The notes below the pieces were generated by a model. That model ran no database searches. It was not told the origin of the DNA and was given only the letters and a program-made list of their open reading frames with translations. A stretch of 38,663 bases of DNA from a virus. Lineage: Duplodnaviria > Caudoviricetes. Shown here in pieces: positions 25,768 through 31,819 of this stretch (the first letter of the stretch is position 1; the number at the start of each line of letters is the position of its first letter). Location of the stretch: positions 1 to 38,663 of the IMG/VR virus record IMGVR_UViG_3300032330_001921; one strand, given 5' to 3'. A program made the position numbers and the translations under genes.

Positions 25768-25929
25768 ATGAATAACTTTTCTCAGATACTCAATAAGCTT
25801 GATGAAGTGGATATCAAATTAGGTTCTATTAATAATAATGAAATAAATGATATCTTGATTGAATTATCTTTTGCTATTGATCTAATAACAGAACAACTTC
25901 AAATATTGAGCAAGAATAATAATAAATAA
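25768..25929 (+). CDS. Hypothetical protein (53 aa, not in ORF track)
   Basis: MNNFSQILNKLDEVDIKLG...; starts 12 nt after pseudoknot copy 3. Confidence 0.45.
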   Translation: MNNFSQILNKLDEVDIKLGSINNNEINDILIELSFAIDLITEQLQILSKNNNK

Positions 25930-26052
25930 AGTAATAATAATAACAGAGGAATAAATAATAAGGCCTAGCCCCGCCAGCCCCGGCCAGCAAACCAGCCAAG
26001 ATAACCAGACAACTAAGGGCAGTCAACTAAGAAAAAAAGCCAGAAAAAGAGA

Positions 26053-26080
26053 TTGAGTTTTATAAGAGATTGGTTATTCT
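26053..26080 (+). promoter_or_regulatory. sigma70-like promoter (16-bp spacer)
   Basis: TTGAGT-N16-TATTCT with an upstream A-tract; predicted +1 at 26087. Confidence 0.55.
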
Positions 26081-26086
26081 GTTGGT

Positions 26087-26176
26087 GTTCTTTGAAATCC
26101 CGTGAGTCGATCCCGCTGCCCCGATTGGGGACCAGCGGGCTGGCATCGTGCTATCGGCAAACGGATTGAAAGGAAC
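26087..26176 (+). ncRNA. Structured 5' leader RNA (three-way junction), copy A
   Basis: Stems GTTCTTT/AAGGAAC, AATC.CGT/ACGGATT, GTCGAT/ATCGGC, CCCGCTG-CCCC/GGGG-CAGCGGG, GGCA/TGCT; covaries with copy B. Confidence 0.75.
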
Positions 26177-26183
26177 GCACACT

Positions 26184-27038
26184 ATGGCAAGAAACACTGT
26201 TCCCCACAATTCCACCTTCGACTTCCCTGTGGCTTTGGAGCCGCTCCACACACAGGACGGCAGGGATTCTGGTTTGTTTGGTACGGTCCGCAGGGACCAG
26301 ACCGGAGTCCGTGTTTTCGGGTCCGCTTCTGAGCGTTACGGTTTGCTTCTCAATTCCACCTTCGTTGAACAGATCGAAGACGGAATTGCCAAAGCTGGCT
26401 TGTCTGGCTTTGAACGGGAAGCTTTCGTATACGATAATGGAGCCCGGTCCGAGTTCCGTTGGACGTTTAAGAATCGGACCATAAAGGTTCCCAAAGTCGG
26501 GGACGATATCGCGTTTCGGATAACTGCCCGAAACAGTTACGACGGCACATGGAAGGCAAGCTTGCTCGATTCTGTTATGCGTTTGGCTTGTTTGAATGGG
26601 GCAATGCGATCTGAAAACGGATTGCTTCTCTCAAAGAAACACACAAGCAAGTTAGACGTTTCGGTAATCGTGGCTGGTTTGGAAACTATGTTGAAACGGT
26701 TTGAAGAATGGGCTTGGGATTTAGACTTGCTGGTTCTCCCTGTGTCGCAGGCTCAGGGAAGCCACATTCTGGCTCACGCTCAGGAAGACGGAGTTATCTC
26801 CGGCAGCGTCAGGGACGGCATTCTAAGCTTTTGGAATGCGCCCAGACGGCAGGAAGACGAAGACCGGACCTTGATCAACCTGTGGAACGCCGGGACGGAA
26901 TACACTACCCACATTCTGGGTAGGGAGCGGAATCAATATTCCCAAACAATCAACGCAAGGTGGACAAACCACATTCTTGGATTGGGAAGGAATAATGAGC
27001 TATTAAGAGAAGCTTCAATTCCAATAATAAACAATTAA
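26184..27038 (+). CDS. DUF932 (LGT_TIGR03299-like) protein, copy A
   Basis: 'GSASERYGLLLN', 'DNGAR', 'VGDDIAFRITARNSYDGT', 'RLACLNG', 'KHTSK', 'LWNAGTEY.TH'. Start moved to ATG 26184. Confidence 0.85.
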   Translation: MARNTVPHNSTFDFPVALEPLHTQDGRDSGLFGTVRRDQTGVRVFGSASERYGLLLNSTFVEQIEDGIAKAGLSGFEREAFVYDNGARSEFRWTFKNRTIKVPKVGDDIAFRITARNSYDGTWKASLLDSVMRLACLNGAMRSENGLLLSKKHTSKLDVSVIVAGLETMLKRFEEWAWDLDLLVLPVSQAQGSHILAHAQEDGVISGSVRDGILSFWNAPRRQEDEDRTLINLWNAGTEYTTHILGRERNQYSQTINARWTNHILGLGRNNELLREASIPIINN

Positions 27039-27042
27039 TCAC

Positions 27043-27076
27043 AGACCGGGGACGATAAATCCCCGGTCTTTTTTTT
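27043..27076 (+). terminator. Intrinsic terminator
   Basis: AGACCGGGGA-N7-TCCCCGGTCT plus T-run. Confidence 0.85.
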
Positions 27077-27081
27077 GTCTA

Positions 27082-27200
27082 TTAATAATAAATAATCAAA
27101 TAATAATAACACCAGAACAAATAATAATACTCGAATAACAAATAATGTCAGAATAATAAACAATAATGAAATAATAATAAATAATAACTAAATAATAATA
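27082..27200 (+). repeat. (AAT)n-rich low-complexity spacer
   Basis: Degenerate AAT/AATA repeats, nearly devoid of G; similar tracts occur after most terminators between 24.0 and 30.7 kb. Confidence 0.8.
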
Positions 27201-27203
27201 GCA

Positions 27204-27246
27204 GGGGCAGAGGGGGCGGGGCAGGGGCAGAGAAGGAGGGGCGGGG
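27204..27246 (+). other. Potential G-quadruplex
   Basis: Six runs of at least 4 G (GGGGCAGAGGGGGCGGGGCAGGGG...GGGGCGGGG). Confidence 0.6.
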
Positions 27247-27294
27247 CTTTCCCAGTTACTTAAAATGGCTCAATTAGTTACCTAAAAAAAAGAC

Positions 27295-27322
27295 TTCCCA
27301 AATCAGGATTCCATGATAATTT
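27295..27322 (+). promoter_or_regulatory. sigma70-like promoter (16-bp spacer, extended -10)
   Basis: TTCCCA-N16-TAATTT with TG; predicted +1 at 27329. Confidence 0.5.
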
Positions 27323-27328
27323 GATCTC

Positions 27329-27417
27329 GTTCTTTGAAATCCCGTTAGCTGATCCCGGTTCCACTTTGTGGAGCGCCGGGTTGGGATTGTCCTATCGGTG
27401 AACGGATTGAAAAGAGC
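27329..27417 (+). ncRNA. Structured 5' leader RNA (three-way junction), copy B
   Basis: GTTCTTT/AAAGAGC, AATC.CGTT/AACGGATT, GCTGAT/ATCGGT, CCCGG-TTCCAC/GTGGAG-CCGGG, GGGA/TCCT. Confidence 0.75.
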
Positions 27418-27425
27418 ATACAACT

Positions 27426-28283
27426 ATGGCTCGTCAAACTGTCCCCCATTCCAGCAACTTCTCGTTCCCGGTCACTCTGGAACCGTTGACCATTGATGGT
27501 CACGACTCCGGGTTTTTCGGAACGGTGCGCCGGGATGAGGGATTCCCCCGAGTTCTCGGGGTTGCGGGTGAGCGTTACGGGTTGCTCCAGAATGGTGACT
27601 TCATTAACCAGATTGAGGAAGGATTTAAGAAAGCCAACCTCAGCGGGTTTGAACGCGAGGTTGCCGTGATGGATCACGGTGCGCGGTGTCAGGCTCAGTG
27701 GACCTTTAAGAACCGCACCATAAAGGTGCGGAAAGTGGGCGATGAAATGGCGTTCCGCGTTACGGCGCGGAACTCCTACGATGGCTCATGGAAGGTCAGC
27801 ATGGTCGACACCATTGAACGCCTCGCCTGTCTCAACGGCGCGGTACGCTCAGAGAAGGGAATCATGCTTCAGGGGAAGCACACTTCCCGGCTCAACGTGG
27901 ACCGTATCGTTGGCGGTTTGGACATTATGCTAAACCGTTTCGAGAAGTGGGCGAGTGACTTGGATCTCATCGTCATGCCCATCGAACAGGCTCAGGGTTC
28001 CCATATCCTGAGTCATGCTCAGGAAGATGGAATCATCTCAGGCTCAACCCGAGACGGTATCCTGAGTTTCTGGAATGCGCCGCGCCGGAAGGAGGATGAG
28101 GAACGCACCGTTTACAACCTCTGGAACGCCGGGACCGAGTTCTTCACTCACGTCCTGAAACGGGAACGGTTCCAGTATGCCGACACCGTGAACGCCGAGT
28201 TCACGGGATGGATGATGGAACTAGGCCGAGATCACGACAGGCTCAGACAGGTCACTAAACCGCTGGAACTAGTGAACAACTAA
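27426..28283 (+). CDS. DUF932 (LGT_TIGR03299-like) protein, copy B
   Basis: Tandem paralog of 26184..27038 with the same motifs. Confidence 0.85.
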   Translation: MARQTVPHSSNFSFPVTLEPLTIDGHDSGFFGTVRRDEGFPRVLGVAGERYGLLQNGDFINQIEEGFKKANLSGFEREVAVMDHGARCQAQWTFKNRTIKVRKVGDEMAFRVTARNSYDGSWKVSMVDTIERLACLNGAVRSEKGIMLQGKHTSRLNVDRIVGGLDIMLNRFEKWASDLDLIVMPIEQAQGSHILSHAQEDGIISGSTRDGILSFWNAPRRKEDEERTVYNLWNAGTEFFTHVLKRERFQYADTVNAEFTGWMMELGRDHDRLRQVTKPLELVNN

Positions 28284-28290
28284 ACAACAA

Positions 28291-28326
28291 AGCCGGGAGC
28301 GTAACAACTCCCGGCTCTTTTCTTTT
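28291..28326 (+). terminator. Intrinsic terminator
   Basis: AGCCGGGAG-N8-CTCCCGGCT plus T-rich tail. Confidence 0.8.
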
Positions 28327-28348
28327 ATTAGTAGGAAGATTTCACTTT

Positions 28349-28411
28349 ATGCTAATATCAATAATTCTTTTGTTAATAATAATCTATTTCATCTTTCGTT
28401 TACTCGAATAA
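28349..28411 (+). CDS. Putative membrane micropeptide (20 aa)
   Basis: MLISIILLLIIIYFIFRLLE. Confidence 0.35.
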   Translation: MLISIILLLIIIYFIFRLLE

Positions 28412-28569
28412 TAATAAATGATCGAATAATAATAAATACAACAATAATAATAATTCTAATAATAATAAATAAAACAAATATCACTAGAAACTCACAAAAA
28501 AGGCTATTCTTATTTACTTTCAGAGACAGAATTAGTTGATAAGGGAAAAAACAATAGCTGAAAAAGAAG

Positions 28570-28598
28570 TTGATTGTTTGGGTTTATTTATTTAAATT
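28570..28598 (+). promoter_or_regulatory. sigma70-like promoter (17-bp spacer)
   Basis: TTGATT-N17-TAAATT, 9 nt before ATG 28608. Confidence 0.5.
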
Positions 28599-28607
28599 GA
28601 TATCGCC

Positions 28608-28817
28608 ATGTATAAAACAACGCCTGAGCAAAGCAAAACCGAAACGGCCCTTGCCAAAAAGGGGTTTCGTTTCTCCAGTTGGCTTCCTTTCTCTCCGGAT
28701 GCCAACAATCAACCGTCTGAGGGAACCGAGCATCTCGGCACCATCGTTATGGTGAAGCGAGCCACTCGGTTCTCCACTGAGTACCGCGAAATCGAGCCTG
28801 ATGGCTCCATCAACTAA
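28608..28817 (+). CDS. Hypothetical early protein
   Basis: GC-rich ORF after a promoter. Confidence 0.75.
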   Translation: MYKTTPEQSKTETALAKKGFRFSSWLPFSPDANNQPSEGTEHLGTIVMVKRATRFSTEYREIEPDGSIN

Positions 28818-29017
28818 TGGCTTGCGAAGACTACCCCTGCTGCGGGCATGAGCCCGGCAGTTGCCCCATCGTCAACGATCAGGGCGAACTCTGTTATCCC
28901 TGCGCCAAATGCGGCTTCCTGATGCCCCCAAAGGCACGGAGCGCGGTTTGCCAGCCGTGCCACTCAAAGTGGCAACGCCAATGGGACGACGACCCTACTG
29001 GTCAAGATAGTGACTGA
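28817..29017 (+). CDS. Cys-rich putative metal-binding protein
   Basis: 'CEDYPCCGH...C', 'CAKC', 'CQPC'; TAATG coupling with the upstream gene. Confidence 0.75.
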   Translation: MACEDYPCCGHEPGSCPIVNDQGELCYPCAKCGFLMPPKARSAVCQPCHSKWQRQWDDDPTGQDSD

Positions 29018-29023
29018 AATACA

Positions 29024-29051
29024 GCCCCCGGTTAACAGCCGGGGGTTTTTT
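29024..29051 (+). terminator. Intrinsic terminator
   Basis: GCCCCCGG-N7-CCGGGGGT plus T-run. Confidence 0.85.
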
Positions 29052-29214
29052 GTTTCTATAAATAATAATAACATTAAATAATAACGTAATAATAAATAAT
29101 AATAAATAAATAATCTAATAATATAGCGCGGCTTCTGGTGGGGCGGGGCTTCTTGTATCTGGTTTAGCTACAGGCGAAGAGACTCCCACTCGAAAAGAAA
29201 ACAAGAAAAAGAGC

Positions 29215-29242
29215 TATCCAAACCAGATAAGTGTGCTAAATT
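29215..29242 (+). promoter_or_regulatory. sigma70-like promoter (extended -10)
   Basis: TATCCA-N16-TAAATT with TG at 29234. Confidence 0.5.
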
Positions 29243-29246
29243 GATT

Positions 29247-29303
29247 GCAGTTCGAGGGCGTTCCTCGAACCGCAGTAAACGAAACGCCGGTAACAAAAAC
29301 ACT
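29247..29303 (+). ncRNA. Conserved structured 5' leader (family 2), copy A
   Basis: GTTCGAGG-GCGTT-CCTCGAAC hairpin then CGCAGTAAAC...CGGTAACA; repeated at 30839. Confidence 0.65.
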
Positions 29304-29549
29304 ATGCAACGCAACGCAGTCAAACTCACTGAGGCCGAGAAAACGGCCTTCTCCGTGGCCCGCGATGCCCTCAACATCGCCGAAGGCGAGCTGACGCAAC
29401 GCATCATGGAGTTCCAGAACACGCTGGACACCATCACCGACGAGGCCGACCAGACCTACTACAAGAACGAGATCGGCAAGGCCCAAGTGAAGCTGGCCGA
29501 GACCATCATCTCCCGTGAGCGCCTCTGGAGCATCCAATTCAAGTTCTAA
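29304..29549 (+). CDS. Hypothetical helical protein, paralog of 30899..31141
   Basis: Start moved to ATG 29304; C-terminal 'AQVKLAETIISRERLWSI'. Confidence 0.8.
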   Translation: MQRNAVKLTEAEKTAFSVARDALNIAEGELTQRIMEFQNTLDTITDEADQTYYKNEIGKAQVKLAETIISRERLWSIQFKF

Positions 29550-29560
29550 ACAGTAAACAG

Positions 29561-29586
29561 GGTGGCCCCTTCGGGGGCCACCTTTT
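29561..29586 (+). terminator. Intrinsic terminator (UUCG tetraloop)
   Basis: GGTGGCCCC-TTCG-GGGGCCACC-TTTT. Confidence 0.85.
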
Positions 29587-29645
29587 GTAATAATATTAAT
29601 AAATAGAACAATAATAATAATAATAATAATAATAATATAAATAAT

Positions 29646-29714
29646 ATGGCAATCTTTCCTATTCTCTTGGGGGTATTTATAATTGCAATGATCTTAGCTA
29701 ACAGAAGAAGATAG
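29646..29714 (+). CDS. Putative membrane micropeptide (22 aa)
   Basis: MAIFPILLGVFIIAMILANRRR. Confidence 0.45.
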   Translation: MAIFPILLGVFIIAMILANRRR

Positions 29715-29739
29715 GTGTTTATTTAACTGATTTATTCTA

Positions 29740-29767
29740 TTGCAAAACGGGCAATCTAAAGTAATCT
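29740..29767 (+). promoter_or_regulatory. sigma70-like promoter (16-bp spacer)
   Basis: TTGCAA-N16-TAATCT, 9 nt before ATG 29777. Confidence 0.6.
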
Positions 29768-29776
29768 AGGAATCGC

Positions 29777-30052
29777 ATGAAGCACTTAACATTATCTCCC
29801 TACCGCGCCGGAATGAAGGTTTGGGTTTCCATCCCTCGCACCGACGACATCGAACATCGCGCTATCGCGGGCATGCTCTTCGCAGAGCGTTCCCAGTACT
29901 ACTGCTGGGGTGAAGAGCAACCCGGCCACCGCATCGGGTTGGAAGCTGTCATTAGAGCCTCAGAGCTTCCGGGATTCTTCCGGGATCTTCAAGATCTCCA
30001 CAAGGTGCGAGACGGTGTTCTAGTATCGTTCCACGCCACCGACTGCCCGTAA
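29777..30052 (+). CDS. Hypothetical early protein
   Basis: GC-rich ORF flanked by promoter and terminator. Confidence 0.75.
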   Translation: MKHLTLSPYRAGMKVWVSIPRTDDIEHRAIAGMLFAERSQYYCWGEEQPGHRIGLEAVIRASELPGFFRDLQDLHKVRDGVLVSFHATDCP

Positions 30053-30068
30053 TACATAAACAACCAAA

Positions 30069-30102
30069 GCCCCTAGGTTAACTCCTAGGGGCATTTTATT
30101 TT
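30069..30102 (+). terminator. Intrinsic terminator
   Basis: GCCCCTAGG-N6-CCTAGGGGC plus T-rich tail. Confidence 0.8.
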
Positions 30103-30143
30103 AAATAATAAAGAATAATAATATCAATATCAATAATAATAAT

Positions 30144-30203
30144 ATGTTCATATTTATAGTTCTATTGTTTATTATCTATGTGATTGCCAAGCTCACAGAC
30201 TAG
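30144..30203 (+). CDS. Putative membrane micropeptide (19 aa)
   Basis: MFIFIVLLFIIYVIAKLTD. Confidence 0.4.
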   Translation: MFIFIVLLFIIYVIAKLTD

Positions 30204-30236
30204 GAAAGCCCACTAAAAGAAAACAAACAAAAGCTC

Positions 30237-30264
30237 TTGTTTATTTAAGATCCTGTAGTAAATT
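30237..30264 (+). promoter_or_regulatory. sigma70-like promoter (16-bp spacer)
   Basis: TTGTTT-N16-TAAATT, followed by a GCAGTTCGGG...CCCGA leader hairpin. Confidence 0.55.
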
Positions 30265-30307
30265 GAATGCAGTTCGGGCCAGTAACCCGACGCTAGAAAG
30301 TCAACCT

Positions 30308-30595
30308 ATGCAATACGTTCAAATCGAAGGCGGGACCATGACAGGTAAGATCATGCACACTGTAGGCGAGTGCAATCTGTGCGCTAAGGAGCGCCTTTCC
30401 GAATTCGTCGACGGGAAAACCCGTATGGGACCGTGGGCGAACATGTGTTTGCCTTGCTTCCGCAAAGTAGGCGTAGGCCTAGGTGTGGGCCGTGGGCAAC
30501 GCTACGCAATGGTCACGGAAGTATCGGGAAGCCTAAGCCTTAAAACCCAAGCGGCACAGGCGCACACGAAAGCGAAAGCCGATTTGTTTATCTAA
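30308..30595 (+). CDS. Small Zn-binding phage protein
   Basis: 'CNLC...FVDGKTRMGPWANMCLPC...GVGLGVGRGQRY' is a recurrent phage family. Start moved to ATG 30308. Confidence 0.8.
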   Translation: MQYVQIEGGTMTGKIMHTVGECNLCAKERLSEFVDGKTRMGPWANMCLPCFRKVGVGLGVGRGQRYAMVTEVSGSLSLKTQAAQAHTKAKADLFI

Positions 30596-30613
30596 AAGCC
30601 CATTTGTCACAAG

Positions 30614-30642
30614 ACCCTCTGTAGTAATACAGGGGGTTTTTT
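30614..30642 (+). terminator. Intrinsic terminator (GNRA loop)
   Basis: ACCCTCTGTA-GTAA-TACAGGGGGT plus T-run. Confidence 0.85.
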
Positions 30643-30714
30643 GTTTTAATAGAATAATAATAGAACAAAGAATAATAATAAAATAATAAATAATAATATA
30701 TATAGTAGTATAGT

Positions 30715-30761
30715 GGTGTAGTGTGTGTGAGCGTGTGTGTGTATGCGGGTGCGCGTGTGTG
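30715..30761. repeat. Alternating purine-pyrimidine (GT/GC)n tract
   Basis: GGTGTAGTGTGTGTGAGCGTGTGTGTGTATGCGGGTGCGCGTGTGTG. Confidence 0.75.
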
Positions 30762-30806
30762 AGAGCTAAGGTGTATTGATACCCAAAAAGAAAAAGGAAA
30801 AAGGGA

Positions 30807-30834
30807 TTGCAAAACAGGTATTCTGTGTTAATTT
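30807..30834 (+). promoter_or_regulatory. sigma70-like promoter (16-bp spacer, extended -10)
   Basis: TTGCAA-N16-TAATTT with TG and an upstream A-tract. Confidence 0.65.
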
Positions 30835-30838
30835 GATT

Positions 30839-30898
30839 GCAGTTCGGGGGCGTTCCCCGGACCGCAGTAAACCAAAACGTCGGTAACACAGTAACACT
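30839..30898 (+). ncRNA. Conserved structured 5' leader (family 2), copy B
   Basis: GTTCGGGG-GCGTT-CCCCGGAC hairpin then CGCAGTAAAC...CGGTAACA. Confidence 0.65.
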
Positions 30899-31141
30899 AT
30901 GTCCAAGTCCAAAACTCCTCAGTCCGTGTTGGACGCGCTTCATGAAGCGCGCAGTGCCTTGTATTCTCAGCAGTTCGAACTGATTCGCAACTGCCAGCGG
31001 ATTCAACGCAGCGTCGACGCCGCCAAGGAAGCGGGCAAGGAAGTCGACTCCTTCGATATCAACTTGCTGGCCGAAGCAAAGGCCAAGCTGGCCGACACTA
31101 TCCTTGCGCGGGAAACGCTGTTCGATATCCCCAGCCTTTAA
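30899..31141 (+). CDS. Hypothetical helical protein, paralog of 29304..29549
   Basis: C-terminal 'AKAKLADTILARETLFDI'. Confidence 0.8.
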   Translation: MSKSKTPQSVLDALHEARSALYSQQFELIRNCQRIQRSVDAAKEAGKEVDSFDINLLAEAKAKLADTILARETLFDIPSL

Positions 31142-31151
31142 ACCACACACT

Positions 31152-31177
31152 GCGGGGCCCTTCGGGGCCCCGCTCTT
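31152..31177 (+). terminator. UUCG hairpin, weak terminator or stabiliser
   Basis: GCGGGGCCC-TTCG-GGGCCCCGC with a poor U-tail. Confidence 0.6.
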
Positions 31178-31183
31178 AACCTC

Positions 31184-31444
31184 ATGATCACCGTCCATAT
31201 TCACGAAGTCACCGGAAGCAATCCGGTTTTCTCAACCGGAACCATCCTTGCCGTTGCCAATCGGCAAAGCAACGCTCCGGGGTTGACGTACAAAGGCACA
31301 CGGCAAGTCACTCATGAGCTTTTCCCGCTTGCCGGGATCATCATGAGCGGTTCATTCGCTTCCTTCGATGGGTGGGAGCAATTCGAAGCCGCAATTGAGG
31401 AGGACGAATTTAAAGCGGCTTGCCGCCACCCCGCTGTGGCGTAA
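31184..31444 (+). CDS. Hypothetical early protein
   Basis: GC-rich 86-aa ORF. Confidence 0.7.
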   Translation: MITVHIHEVTGSNPVFSTGTILAVANRQSNAPGLTYKGTRQVTHELFPLAGIIMSGSFASFDGWEQFEAAIEEDEFKAACRHPAVA

Positions 31445-31477
31445 ATCAAAAAGTCAATTTAAATTTTCACCCTACCG

Positions 31478-31506
31478 GGGTGGGTCCGAAAGGGCCCACC
31501 CTTTTT
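31478..31506 (+). terminator. Intrinsic terminator (GAAA loop)
   Basis: GGGTGGGTCC-GAAA-GGGCCCACCC-TTTTT. Confidence 0.8.
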
Positions 31507-31783
31507 GCTTTTTGTCAACTTTTTTTTTCGAAAAAAAACCCACGGGGCCCTTTTTTCATTCTCCCCAAATTAATTCTATTCTTCTAATAAAACACAATTA
31601 AAAAATTCGGGGCGGATATTTTTTCTTATAGGTCTATTAAGTTAAAAAATAAAAAAAACAAACACACACTCCCACCTTTTAAATTAATACTATATATATC
31701 TCATATAATAAAAAAAACAAAAACAAAAATATACCCAAGGGTTTTCTTTTCTATAGTCCTTTTAAGATGCAAACAAAAAAAAC

Positions 31784-31811
31784 TTGATTCTTTGCGGTTT
31801 CTTCCCATAAT
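31784..31811 (+). promoter_or_regulatory. sigma70-like promoter (16-bp spacer)
   Basis: TTGATT-N16-CATAAT, 8 nt before ATG 31820. Confidence 0.6.
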
Positions 31812-31819
31812 AAAGCGCT

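Noticed and set aside
26087-27417. DUF932 leader as a hammerhead ribozyme or tRNA
   Set aside because: No CUGANGA/GAAA core in the right arrangement and no cloverleaf, T-loop or CCA.
24030-30710. AAT-rich tracts alternating with unique sequence as a CRISPR array
   Set aside because: The repeats are low-complexity and variable in length, and the intervening units are whole genes; no cas genes.
27295-30836. TAATTTG/TAAATTG boxes as Bacteroidetes TAnnTTTG promoters
   Set aside because: They do not fit the 8-nt TAnnTTTG pattern and pair better with TTG -35 boxes at 16 bp.
30533-31204. 223-aa minus-strand ORF, plus 27345..27677, 29168..29537 and similar
   Set aside because: Antisense shadows of GC-rich + strand genes that run through terminators and low-complexity DNA.
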